Below are positions 10,560-22,518 of a stretch of DNA of 41,428 nucleotides, piece after piece. Under the pieces are notes generated by a model, which worked only from the letters and a program-made list of their open reading frames with translations, did no database searches and was not told the DNA's origin. The stretch comes from Anthoceros angustus. Its lineage: Eukaryota > Plantae > Anthocerotophyta. Made by a program: the position numbers and the translations under genes. The stretch covers positions 1 through 41,428 of the forward strand of contig VJWM01000356.1 of assembly GCA_010909165.1 (NCBI GenBank), written 5' to 3'. Each line of letters begins with the position of its first letter. Within the stretch, counting starts at the first letter, position 1.

Positions 10560-11330
10560 CACGCTTGCGGAGATGGGGAAGTACACCAAAGGGAAGTTCC
10601 ACATAGAATCGACCACGGATGAACCGTGTTCGCAGAGGCAGGCTCGAAGGTGAGTGGGATTTGGTTGAGAATCGATGCCAAGAGCTTCTCTAGGGCTGAT
10701 TCGACGATCTAACTCGCGCAGACGCATGCGACGTGCTTCCGAAAAGAAGGATGAGAATGGATTGTGGACGGAGAGGAGAATGTGTGGTGACTATCGTTGA
10801 ACGAGCGAATCCCACATGACCACTATCCCATGCCAATGGCCCAAGAGATCTTCGACACCATTGGGTCTGCCAAGTTCTTCTCAACATTGGACTTGAGGCT
10901 AGGGTTTCACTAAGTAGAGATCGCCGAAGAAGACCAGAAGAAAACAGCGTTCTGGGGCAGAGATTGCCTGTACGAGTGGAACTACATGCCATTTGGGTTG
11001 AAGACATCGCCACCGCAGTTCCAAAGGTACATGGACAATGAGCTCAAGGAATTGCCTTTCGCCAAGTGCTACATTGATGAGGTCATCATCTTCAGCAATA
11101 CCTTTGAGGAGCATCTACAACATCTTCGAGCGCCTTTGCTAGGCCGCCAGTGGGTTGAAGGCCCATCCAGGAAGTGTCGATTTGGAGAGGATAAGGTGTT
11201 GTACTTGGGTCATTGGATCACGCTGACGGATCTCGCCGCATGCCACCAAGGTGGAGGCAATCGCGCATTCCTGTGCCAAACGACATCTCAAGTTGAGGGC
11301 ATTCTTGGGTTGGTTACTACAGGAAGTTCA
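10560..11330 (+). pseudogene. Reverse transcriptase (Gypsy type)
   Basis: RMCGDYR, FFSTLDLRLGFH, KTAF, MPFGLKTSPPQFQRYMD, KCYIDEVIIFS (YIDD in the inverted copy), VLYLGHWIT. Confidence 0.95.
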
Positions 11331-11399
11331 TTCCATGGATGAGTGGATTGCCATTGAATGACTTGTTGAAGAAGTTGGTGACTTGGCGTTGGACTCAAG

Positions 11400-11830
11400 A
11401 GGAGGAGTCACTTTCATGGAGTTGAAGGGTAGACTCATGAGCTCGCCAATTCTTGGTCATCCAAACTTGAAGCCGTCGATTTTAATCGATTGGAGCAAGC
11501 ACGATAGGCGCCTTGGCGAGATCAATGACAAGGAAGAGGAACATGTCATTGCCTATGCCGGAGCAACAACCAGCGGAGTCCAACTACTCGCCTATGAAGG
11601 AGAATGTCTTGCGAAGGTGGGGCTTCGGACACTTTCGTCCGTACTTGTTTGGACATCAATTTCGACTAATCACCGACCATCAACCCTTGCACTGGTTGAT
11701 GACGAACGCCAAGCTTATAGGAAAGCTGGCGAGGTGGGCTCTCATTCTCCAGGAGTATGACTTTGTCATCGAACACCGGCGTAGAGTTCACTCTAATGCC
11801 GATGGGTTGTCAAGGAATCCTCTACCTGAA
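11400..11830 (+). pseudogene. RNase H (Gypsy type)
   Basis: DWSK, EHVIAYA, YEGECLA, FRPYLFGHQFRLITDHQPLHWLM, KLARWALILQEYDF, NADGLSRNP. Confidence 0.95.
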
Positions 11831-12139
11831 CGAAGACACTACAGGGGCCAAGATTCGGATGACGAGCAACCGGCCGGGGGGAGAGTAGTAGAGATACCAT
11901 GTTGGCCATGTTGCATGAGGATGTCAAGACCCACTCATCGCTTTGTATGCAGAGTCCGGGACATCCGGGCGGATGCAATAGCGGTGACCTTCCTAAGGTC
12001 GGGAATTGCCACAAGGGCTTTCATCTCGAGCGGGCCAAGCTACGCGAGAAGGTGGCTCGATTATTGGAAGGAGGACATAATGTATGTCCGTGATTCTGGG
12101 AGATAGAATTGTACCCAAGCCGAGGACGGGTGAGACTCA

Positions 12140-13110
12140 TCACCCGTGCATGAAGGCTTAGGGCATTTTGGTGCTAAGCGCACCTACAGATGCTGCCCAC
12201 ACTTTGGGCAAGGATGTATGGAGATGTGGAAAGGGTCGCAGAATGTCGAGTGCGATCGAGTGAAGGCAAGGTTCACGCCAATGATGTTGTGCTTCACCGC
12301 CGATCCGAGGACTCTTCTGTGGAGTGTGGATCTCATGCCGATACATGCCGAGACGCATCGGAAACAAGCATGTCATGCTAATGGTGGAGCATTTCAAGTG
12401 GTGCGAGGTTGCCATCTTACCCAAGCGTGACTCGGCCACAGAAGGCGTTCTGGCTTCCGTTCTAGTCGAGCGCATGTGCGAGGTTCTCACCGACGGCAAA
12501 GAATTCGTGGGAATTTCAAGACTTGCTTGGGAGCTTGATTGATCATCGACGACGAGAGATCATCCTCAAGCCGATGGACTTGCCGAACGCCAGCACCTTC
12601 AAGCGGCCTTGCAAATATTGTCTCACAAATGACCAAGACATGGGATGAAGGGATGCCATACCTAGTGCTAGGCAGGGTGAGCAATCACAGCCTTGAGCAA
12701 TTTTTCACCATACTACTTGTTGTATGGGCGACAACCATTTTGCCAAACGTGAGGCAAGCAAGGCACGTGGATTGGCGCAATGCGGATGATTGCCTACGAG
12801 ACCGGAAAGGCGGGCGAGCTTTTCAACGCGGATCATGCCCATGGCAATGGAGAACCTTGCCATAGCGCAACAGGGATCAATCAGCGCTATGCTTACACGA
12901 GGAGGGACATGGAAACCCAAGGTGCAAGTTCGAAGTTGGAGATTATGTCTACCGCACGGAAGCCGTGCAACACCTTGGAGGTATCCACCAGAGAGTCATC
13001 TGGTCGTGCGAGTAGGCAAAGATGGAGTGCTTGAGCTCAAGGATCCGATGGTCAAGATGGAAGGATCACCTCAAGAATCGCACATGCATGCCACTTACCC
13101 AATTTGGACC
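12140..13110 (+). pseudogene. Integrase (HHCC zinc finger, DDE core, C-terminal region)
   Basis: HEGLGHFGAKRTY..ECDR, WSVDL, LMVEHFKWCEV, EVLTDGKEF, TWDEGMP, AMENLAIAQ. Confidence 0.9.
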
Positions 13111-13139
13111 CTCAACTACGGCCTATAATGTGCCCACCC

Positions 13140-13276
13140 AAAGACTTGGAGTGTCGGGACGTCATGATGATGATGTAATGCTTCTTTGTGATCGGTGCAA
13201 TAGGGGATACCACATGTTTTGTGTTCAACCACCTCTTGACGACATTCCCGAGGAAGATTGGTTTTGTGCACAATGC
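13140..13276 (+). CDS. PHD finger at the integrase C-terminus
   Basis: DDDVMLLCDRCNRGYHMFCVQPPLDDIPEEDWFCAQC matches the canonical C4HC3 PHD pattern; the first Cys pair is eroded by indels. Confidence 0.92.
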
Positions 13277-13346
13277 ACTACAGGTGCGACGTATGTAGTC
13301 CTACTAATGATAATGTTTGACTTGGAGTCTCACATTATCGGGGGGA

Positions 13347-14027
13347 TTGGTTTGCACCTATATGCGCGTATTAGATTTGTTTGCTTGGTTGTTGGTCGAG
13401 GAAGTGCTTATATGAATTCAAGTGCTTACCTCGCGACATGTACCGCCATGCCGTGTGATACTAATCTCGCACTTGGGTTTAGTGTTTGATTAGCATTAAT
13501 TAATCTAATTACTTATCTTTAAGTAAGTAATTAGTGTTAATTAATCTAAAGTGCTTATGTTAATTAAGCTTGATTAGTGTTAATTAATCTAATGTGCTTA
13601 TGTTAATTAAGCATTGATTAGTGTTAATTAAACATGGTTAGCAATAGCTAAGTGGATAAGCTCAAGTAATATGCTTTGGCATATTCCTTGCATATTATAG
13701 TGTATTCTTAGGATATTTCGCATATGATGCCAATAGGATATCTTAGAATATGATGCTGTGGTCTAGTATATAGACCCTTCCATTGAGGACAAGTTCGATC
13801 ATAGCTTGTCCTCTAGATGCAATGCAAGAGCGTGAGGAGGCCAAAGCCATGACTCAGAGCGATGTGTGAGGAATTTGCGTTGTTCTCGTGAGTGGGAGAG
13901 TGTGTTTGTGCTAGAGGTGCATGTGCTACTCTGTTGTTATTGGTTTGCACCTATATACTGCGATTAGATTTGTTTGCTTGGTTGTTGGTGGGAAGTGCTT
14001 ATATGAATTCAAGTGCCTCGTATGACA
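13347..14027 (+). repeat. 3' terminal repeat array A-B-A
   Basis: After PPT-like gggggga (13340-13346): A1 13347-13438, B 13445-~13930, A2 ~13939-14027 ending ATGACA. Confidence 0.85.
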
Positions 14028-15540
14028 AGTTCCCGTGAACGAGGTCTCACGAGTCCAAGAGTTGCGTGGAGACAATGGCACCCCGAGAAATTCAAGGCGT
14101 GAGACAAGAAGAGAGACGGTTAGCCGAGTCAAGAGAGAGGCGGCCAAACCAAGAAGGGCGAGCAACAACCATTGCGAGCCAAGGCAACCACCGGGTGGGA
14201 ATACCACCTGGCTAAACCGCCACGTCATGAAGGAGGGGTGGAAGCCACCGGGAGCTGCAGATGGGAGTTAGAACCCCTCGAACTGCCCAGGATTGTCCAC
14301 GGGAGGAGAGGGTAGGACCTCAGATCGGCGACAGATTGCACTGGATGAGGATGCCTCATGTCTCAAGCCGTCATGGTGAGCGTGCTCACTCTAAATGTGT
14401 ATGTGGTTGTTGGGACAGAGGGGCAGAAACTCACCGCCGCACATCTTGACTGCTACGGCGCTACTGGTTCCTTCGAATAGGAGCCTTGCGCTACCCCTGT
14501 GGTGCCGGAGGAGATGAGCAGGCGCGAGGCCGAGCATGGAGGGAGGAGCACGGTGCCCTGTGAGGAGCGGTGAGACAAAGCATAGAGACCATATGCTGAC
14601 GCCCACGAGAAGGCGCGAGGAAACGCAGTGCGTGAGAGCGGGCGGAGGTTTCGGGAGAGAATCGCTGGATCAAAGGCGTGGGAGAGCGAGGGGACCCCTA
14701 TGGGTCAGAGGGGCCAAAGGCAAAGAACGCAGGCGCAGAAGATTTTAGGGAGAGCGACATCGTAGGTCCGAGTTTCCTCTGCCAGGGGATAGGATGTTTC
14801 GAGTTTGCTGAGTCAGAGTTGTCGGATTGGTAGGAGCGCCGTAGAGGGCTACAATTTTTAGACATTGAGGAAGCGGGTACATACTTAGATGAGAGACCCA
14901 TTGTGTCTCTTACTGCATAATTGTGTGAACTTCCGTCCCGTCTGCGTGAGGTTGATTAGAGACGTCTGAGCATCAAATCCGATGCACTATCTTCGCACAA
15001 GAAGACCTGAAGATCCCCTCGACGGGCCGAGCGGATCTTTCCCACGCCTCTTGAACGGTCGACGCCCGGCCAGGCCGGAAAGGGGAGGAATCTAAGGTTG
15101 GGGTGTGATCACGACAAGTGAATCGCCCACCGAGCAGTCGCCTTTTTCCGCCCCTCCTCCCTGCCGCCGCACGAACGTGTTCAATTCTATAAGTGGTGAG
15201 GTCTGTGGCCTGTGTGAGGTCCTGTTGGCCCCGAGAGGAGCGAGAGGGAGTATTCATGTGGTAGAGTGGGGGTTTTTGGAAAAGAAAGGAAGGAGAAGTG
15301 CCACTCAGAGGGGGTATGCGGTACATTTTGAGGAAACAGGAATGTTAGAAAGGGAGAAGGAGTGAGGAGATCGAGGGTGATGCCGGAGTGAGGCCCCGTG
15401 GTGCTATGTTCATGGTGCCTAATTGAATGATCCGAAAGGCTCAGGAGTGAATTAGAGAGGTGCGATCTTTGTGTGCGAGACCAAAACCCTCAGAGGCCAC
15501 ACGCCAAATGTGGAATGTTAGAAAGGGAGAAGGAGGTGAT
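14028..15540 (+). mobile_element. Probable LTR and 5' leader of an unrelated retrotransposon
   Basis: Non-coding; ends ...gtgatcacgaCA (15116) followed by agtgaatcgcccaccg, resembling a degenerate tggcgcccacc-type PBS. The downstream block is repeated at 20490-20905. Confidence 0.35.
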
Positions 15541-15652
15541 GATGATATTTAACTGACACCTAACTTAGAATGTATTAGTTCAAGTACATTGGGCTTTAAT
15601 ACCCTTACAACCTCCCACTTAAAGGCCAATTTACCTCAGAGAATGGACTATC

Positions 15653-18600
15653 TCATGCCCATCGTTGTCCGAGCTTGCAAATTGCTCCGTAGAGAGTCCC
15701 TTGGTAAGAATATCTCAGGGTTCTGCCGGTGTGAACCTTGACAAGTTGTACCCTCTTGTCGTCCAACACCTCTCGAATGAAGTGATACACATCCACATGT
15801 TTAGTCTTCGCATGAAACATGGATTCTTTGCCAATTGATAGCACTGCTATCACAATGCAACACCGGCAGCTCAACCTTGATCCCCAAGTCTCCCACTAAA
15901 CGAGCAAGCCATATGGCTTCCTTGCAAGCCTCGCTGTCGCAACATACTCCTGGTAGATAGCGTAATGCACGATCGCAAACGAGATCGCCATGAGATCGCC
16001 TCCAAAGGCACGTGAAGACATAACTCGATGTGGACCTTCTTTGTCCATATCCTCGTGATAATCAAAGATCGTGTACCCAACCACACATGCATCTTCACTA
16101 CCAAAACATATGCACAAAGCTTTTGTACCATTCATACCTCATAACTCCTTTTATCGCCTCCCAATGCTTCTTGCCGTGGTTTGACATAAACTAACCACTC
16201 CCACCGCAAAGGCAATGTCGGACGTAGCAATCATTGCATACATCAAACTCCCTACTGATGAGTATGGGACCTTCTCCATTTCAGCTTTGTCCTCCTCGTA
16301 GCTTGGGCAATCCGCGCTTGAAAGTTTCACATATGGAGGCAATGGAGTACCCAATGGCTTCCCTTCTCCATGTTGAAACGTTGAAGCACTAATGTATTCC
16401 GTCGAGACAAATAAAGGACGCTATGTCTGCTCCACGAATACGCATGCCAAGTATATGGCTCGCCTCCCAAGTCTCGCTATTTCAAAGTGAGCATTCAACT
16501 TTGACTTCAACAAATCTCATCAAGATGCTCCAAAGAATTAGCATATCATCCACATAGAGGATCAAAATGAGCAAGCTTTGATCCTTAGCTTGCTTCAGAT
16601 AGAGGCAATGATCCTCATCCACGCTTGTAGCCTTGAGAAAGCATAAATGAGTGGAACTTGTGATACCACTGGTGCCCGTTTCAAACCATAAAGGCTCTTC
16701 CTCAACCTCGCACACCGATGCTCTTTGCCCTTCTCAACAAAACCTTCCGTTGCCGCATGTAGACGCCTCTTGAAGGTCACCATGCAAGAATGCCGCCTTG
16801 ACATCCATCCGCATAAGTTCCATATCATTCTGCAACCAAAGCAAGAACACATCGCAAAGTTGTCATTTTGACTACCGGTGAGAAAATCTCATCAAAGTCA
16901 ATGCCGTTGTTGCTTGAAACCCTTAGCAACCAATCGGCCTTGTACTTTGGTTTGCCATCAAGTATGACCTTCATCTTGTACACCCATTTGCACCAGAGTG
17001 CCTTCTTATCCTTAGGCAACGAACCAACTCCCAAGTTTGGTTCTTATGCACAATTCATTTCGATCGCATGGCCTTCTCCCACTTGTCTTTGTTACTCGTT
17101 GACATGAGCCTCTTTGTAAGAAGAGGGTTCCCACAACTGTCGATAACATAATCCAGATGGATCATACCGCCGAGGTCGTGTAATCCGCCTCGACCTACGG
17201 CTGTGCACCTCTATAGGAGCTTGTTCGACTCTTGGTTCATCTATCGGAGGAATGTGCTCCATTACACTTCAACCCCGCCATGATGATCATGTCCATCTTC
17301 TTGAAGATCACCCTTCGCACCTCCACAGCTTGGAGTAGGCTTCCTGCATCTTGTTCTCATTGAAGAACACGTTAGTAAACAACCTTTCTAGCCTCGGATC
17401 CCACAAACGGTATCCCATCTCACCAGAATCACCATAGCCAAGAAAAATACATTTCTTGGACTTAGGTGCCAACTTGTCCCGAAACTCTTTTGGAACATGG
17501 CGATGCCTCACCAAACACTCGCAGATGCTTGTAGGATGGTTTCTTTCCGCACCATAGCTCCTCCGAACCCGCCATCAATTTATTAGGAGATCTAATAAGA
17601 TGAACCGCAGAGACACCGCTCGCCCAAAACCCATTAGGCAATCCGTAGTTTGACAACAAACCACGATCCTCTCCGAATGGTTCTGTTTCATCCGCCACCA
17701 CACCATTTTGTGGAGGAGATACGCAAATTCTCTTTTGATTCCTTGGAATCACAGAATGACCGAAAGCTTAAACATACGCCACCATTATCCGTCCTTAGAC
17801 ACTTCAATCGGTGATCGATTCTCTACAAGGGTGACAAATTTCAAACACCGTAACTTCATCCTTTTTCCTCAAAGGATAAACCCACACCTTGCGTGAGAAA
17901 TCATCTATGAAAGTGACAAAATAGAGGCACCTAATGATGCAGAGGCATAGGTCCACATACATCGTGAACCAACTCAAGAGGTTTACTTCTACTTTACCTC
18001 GTGTTCGATGTGATGATTTTGTCTGCTTCCCATATAAAGTGCTCACACATCGAGAGATCGAGAAGTTAGGATATAACCGTAACGAGATAAAACCTTCATT
18101 CCCTTCTCGAGACATATGTCCTAACCGCAATGCCACAAGGAAACATTTGGCTGCTCACACGATCACATGATCTTTGATGTTTACAAGTGAGTACAAAGTG
18201 CCACACTTCGATCCACGAGCTAACACAAGAGAACCTTTGGAGATCTTCCAAGAGTGATCCCCAAACCAGAAGTGGTAACCAAAGATCATCCAACCGCCTC
18301 GCGCTAATCATGCTCTTGTCAACTTCGAACATGCCTAACGCCCTTCAAAGATGAATGAAGATCCGTTGTCAAACTTGAGTTGCACATCACCACGCGATCC
18401 GCATGCATAGTTATTTCCAAGCCTAACGCATCCTTTCCTTGTAGCATCATACGTAAAAACCACTCTATGAGTAACATGGAAAGATGCACCGAGTCAATTA
18501 TCCAATTGCGTAATAAATGACTATCCACGGCCGTTAATTAGCAAGATTCAAGTAAGAAGAGATAAGGACATCTCCGTCCTCAATGTAGTTTAACTCTTCC

Positions 18601-19348
18601 AACTCGATGCATTTAAGTCGCCTTCTTGTCGTCCCGCTTCTTCTCTTTCCTTGGTCCTTTTGAACTTCTCGCACTCTCTTTGAAGTGACCCTTTTGTGAC
18701 AATAGTGACACTCCACATTCTTGTTACGACTACGATTTACGAGAGAAGCTTCGTCCGCTGTTTCCCCTTCGCAGGGACCTCCCTCTCACTATGAGGGCAC
18801 CGGAACCTTTGGAAGGTTCCATGTTTTTCCTGCTCACCTCCTCGCTACCTTCTACATTTACAATGGTAAGACCACTAAAGTGCAATTACTCGAGTCGCAA
18901 AGGTATCCCAACTCTCGTAATGTGACCAAAACATAGCTCTCACAACTGGGAACGTGATACCTTGAGATGAGAGTCTGAAAATGGTATTGAAATCATTCGA
19001 TGATCGGACATCCTCGTCCCTTCCTTCATCTTCAAGTCCACCACCGTTTCAACCAATACACCGAGAAGCCGCACTTTGCTTCTCATACAGTCCTTCGCCA
19101 TCCCGTAACTCGTGGTCTTATCTTTCACATTGAAGTACACTGCTTTTGACAATGTTAGCATGATAGTAGATCTAGCAAGCTCATCCAGTCCCGCCACTCA
19201 TCCCGTCATACTATCCGGTTTGACGCCTAACAACTTTATGGGCTTGATCCGCTCGCACTAGAACATTATACACTTGTTCTTTCCGTAACGGGAAGTTAGT
19301 ACCATCTAACTTCTCGATATTGAACATGACGCTCGATGAAGACATCAT
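15653..19348 (-). pseudogene. Copia gag-pol polyprotein (frameshifted)
   Basis: MMSSSSVMFNIEKLDGTNF; ECHYCHK; WIIDS; RLGHMS; YFVTFIDDFSRKVWVY; KLAPKSKKCIFLGYG; CKWVYK; EIFSPVVKMTTLR; LYVDDMLI; FHAKTKHVDV. Confidence 0.95.
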
Positions 19349-19479
19349 GACTCAAAAATCGATACAGATAAACACTCAACTCGCCTTGTTAGAAAAGTCA
19401 AAGAAGAAAGCCACCGACGGTCCGTGTATTTTGCCGCTGACTATTCCACTCGAGTAATCCGCCGAATCGCTCGACGATT

Positions 19480-20160
19480 CGCCACCGCCCGCGCCGGCAC
19501 TCACCAGGCCGCCGCGCCTGCCGACCGCCTCACCACGCAGCCCGGCGCCATCGCGCCAAGACGCCACCGCCGCGCCACCGGCGAGCGCCACGCCGCGGCT
19601 GCCGCACCGACGGCCCTGGCTGCCACGCGCGCTGGCCGCGGCGCGCGGGCGCTGCTGCGGCGCGCCGCGCGCTGCGCTCCAAGGCCGCCGCTGCGCTGCA
19701 AGGCCGCGGGCCGCCAGGCGCGCGCGCTGGGCGCGCGCGGGCGCCGCGGCTGCGCTCAAGGCGCGCGCGCGCCGCGCGGCTGCGGGCGCGGCTGGCGCCA
19801 AGGCCGGCTGGGCGCTCAAGGCCTGGGCGCGCGCTGCGCCGCGCCCGCGGCTGGCGCCGCTGGCGCCGCGGCTGGCGGGCGCCGCTGGCGCCTGGGCCAG
19901 GCCGCGGCTCGGCGCCGCGCGGGGCCACGGCGCGCCCGGCGCTGCGCCTCGCGCCGCGCCGGGCGCTCAAGGCCTGCGCCCGGCGCGCTGGCGCCAAGGC
20001 CCGCGGCGCGCGCTGCGCGCTGCGCGCCCGCCGCGGCTCGCGCGCGCGCGGCTCGCCGCGCCCGCTGCACGCCTCGCGCGCCGCCTGGCCGACGCCCGCT
20101 GCGCCGCTGCCCGCGCGCGTCGCCGCCACGCCCGCCGCATCGCGCGCCGCTCGCCGCGAT
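19480..20160. repeat. Extremely GC-rich low-complexity tract in the Copia 1 leader
   Basis: Almost only C/G, with recurring cgctcaaggc / cgccaaggc units. Confidence 0.85.
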
Positions 20161-20489
20161 CCGGATCATGCCACGAGCTGCCGCCCCGCTAGAAAATTCT
20201 AGCATCACAACACAACCAAACCATGGCTCGATACCGCTTGAAGGATCGTGGGGCAGCCGGTGGAAAGAGGAGAGGAGAGGAGGAGGCAAGAGTAGCTCTC
20301 ACATTGAGATGAGGCTTGAGGGTATTTATACCCTCCAATAGGCTCCCTAGGAAGCTCCACAAGAAGCTCCTAAGGAGCACAAGAAGCTTCCTAGTGATTA
20401 GCTTAAGCTAAACTAATGATACTTAACCGACACCTAACTTAGACTAAGTGTATTAGTCTAAGTACATTGGGCTTTAATACCCTTACACT

Positions 20490-20905
20490 GACCACGCCTT
20501 TTTTTCTGTCCCTCCTTCCCTAAGCCGCTGCTCATCAGAACGTGTTCAATTCTATAAGTGGTGAGGTCTGTGTGGCCCGTGGTGAGGTCTGTGTGGCCTG
20601 AGAGAGGGAGCGAGAGGGAGTATTCATGTGTGGTAGAGTGGGGGGGGGGTTTTTTTGGAAAGAAAGGGGAAAGGAGAGAAGGTGTGCGGTAGGGGTGTGC
20701 GCGGGTACATTTGAGGAAACAGAATGTTAGAAAGGGAGAAGTGGTGATGAGATCAAGGGTCGATGCCTGAGTGAGGCCCGTGGTGCTCATGTTCATGGTG
20801 CCTAATCGGAATGATCCGAGTCTCCCTTGGAGTGAATTAGAGTAGGTGCGATCTTGGGTGTGTGTGCGCGTGAGACCACAACCCTCAGAGGCCACGCCAG
20901 GAGGA
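20490..20905 (+). repeat. Diverged direct repeat of 15140-15510
   Basis: Shared gaacgtgttcaattctataagtggtgaggtctgtg, gagggagtattcatgtg, aatgttagaaagggagaag, ccctcagaggccacac/gcc. Confidence 0.85.
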
Positions 20906-21249
20906 TGGGGTGTCAGATCATCAGCAGCGCACACAGCGAGTGAGCCCGCCACAATGGTTGAACGCCATTGTGGCTCACCATGAACTCCCCCAACTGGTGG
21001 CCGAGACTACCGTGGTGGATCTGTGCATGGTAGGCGTTCGCAAAGTAAAGATCGATTGTGGTAAAGCTAGGACCCATAGTTTTGACCATTTTGACAAAAA
21101 CCATTCCTTGGGATCAATCCTAGGACTATAACGACATAGAGGGTAATGTGGCCTCTGCTTCTTAAAAACTCCATTCCACAGGTCCGATCTATTTCCCGGG
21201 TCGGACCTCGGTCCAGACTCACGCCCTTGGACTTTGACATCTAGGTCCG

Positions 21250-22300
21250 CCCCACTCACCACGGACTCTCCGGCTTGGGTCTTTTCCTTTCTCCACCTCG
21301 AGGCCTCGCCCCTGCCTTCCCCAGGGTTGCGCCGGGCTTACTCGTGGTCTCGCGTGCCTCTGCCTCCTCCTGAGGCTCCTCCCCACTGTTGGCCTCGTCC
21401 CCGAACAGCGCCATTAAGGCCACGGTGGCTGTGCTATCCCCGGGACCTTCATCTCCTCCCCCTCCTTCTGATCCATCCGGAGGTCCGTCGATTTGACGGG
21501 ATTGGCGCAGGACCTCCAAGGCCTTGAGGAGTTCGGCGTGGTAGTAGGCAAAGTCTGAGTCGACTTGTTGGATTGCCTCTTCCACATGCGCCCGGAGCAC
21601 CCGGTACTCCCTTCGCCAGAGGTGCTCCGGCAGTTGGGCGTGCTGGCCGGCTTGCTGGGCCGTCTCCATCGCCAGACTCGCCAACTAGAGACGCGCGGAA
21701 TCTCGTGAGGCCGCCAAGGAGGCCTCCGTCACTTCTTGCAGCCTCCGCCTGCTCCATCTCCCTCCGCCGCACCTCGGCCTGACTGCCATGGCGCAGTTCC
21801 TTCCGCCTCCGTGGGCCGGATCAATGCCTCTTCTCACCTTCCAGCCCTCGCTCCCATTCATCTCGGCCCAAGCTCCCGCCATCTCCCTTCCTAGGCGGTC
21901 CGGCAGCCCCGGGTCGCCCATCCAAGTCCTTCTCCATTTGGAGCGCCCCTCCTCCTTGCCGCCGCACCTCCTCCTCCGCCCTCAGGCTGGAGCTCTATCT
22001 CCCGCTCGTGGTCAGCGATTATACCCTGGAGGGCCCCATTATGCTCAATCGTGTCTTGGAGCTGCAACTCCAAGGTCTCCTTGTGGTCCTCCATCTCCTG
22101 GCCATTGCTCCGTCCTCGCAGCCGAGCCCATCCTCCATCTCTTGCCGGCCTCCTTCTCCTCTCTGGCCGCCCGTGCTCGCTCACCGCCATTTGTTCGGCC
22201 TTCAAGTTGGCTTGGCTGCCTCGGGCTGCCTCTCCCCCATTCCGATTCACGATAGTGGTCTCCAGCCTGCTTCACCGCAGCCTTCACGCCCTTCACCTAG
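21250..22300 (-). pseudogene. Coiled-coil/acidic accessory ORF remnant of a retroelement
   Basis: Minus-strand pieces QEMEDHKETLELQLQDTIEHNGALQGIIADHERE and EYRVLRAHVEEAIQQVDSDFAYYHAELLKALEVLRQ, cut by the Copia 2 LTR at 22305. Confidence 0.45.
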
Positions 22301-22304
22301 GGCC

Positions 22305-22506
22305 TGTTAAATATATATTTGTACGACTTAGGGTTTAGTTAGATATTGTTATGGTCATACATCCAAAAGACACCTTGCAAAGGGTTGCCTAGATAGAAGT
22401 ACTTAGGACACACAAACTTACTTTACTTGTATTGTATTATGTTTATGTTCTCAATTAGACCTTTGCTTTGTTTCTCTTGCACTCTGACCATGGTTCTACC
22501 CGAACA
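22305..22506 (+). repeat. 5' LTR of Copia 2
   Basis: TG...CA; direct repeat of 28958-29159. Confidence 0.97.
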
Positions 22507-22518
22507 TGGTATCAGAGC
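22507..22518 (+). promoter_or_regulatory. Primer binding site (tRNA-iMet)
   Basis: TGGTATCAGAGC immediately after the LTR CA. Confidence 0.97.

Larger units (their letters stand above)
5731..14027 (+). mobile_element. Ty3/Gypsy LTR retrotransposon encoding a C5 DNA methyltransferase and a PHD finger
   Basis: Domain order gag-PR-(MTase)-RT-RH-INT-(PHD) between direct repeats; integrase after RNase H indicates Gypsy. Whether 6208-6960 belongs to the element is uncertain. Confidence 0.9.
15541..20487 (-). mobile_element. Ty1/Copia retrotransposon 1 (Tnt1/Tork-like), 3' LTR truncated
   Basis: 5' LTR ~20239-20487; degenerate PBS gctc-gatacc at 20226-20235; PPT (cctcccactt, 15611-15620); 3' LTR remnant 15541-15609 matching 20415-20487. 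Confidence 0.92.

Noticed and set aside
5731-14027. Classification as a DIRS/Ngaro tyrosine-recombinase element (which can carry methyltransferase domains and split repeats)
   Set aside because: An aspartic protease and an HHCC/DDE integrase are present, no tyrosine recombinase is seen, and the MTase is C5-cytosine type.
19424-20341. 305-aa and overlapping Ala/Arg/Gly-rich ORFs
   Set aside because: Open in several frames on both strands simply because the GC tract lacks stop codons; it lies in a Copia leader.
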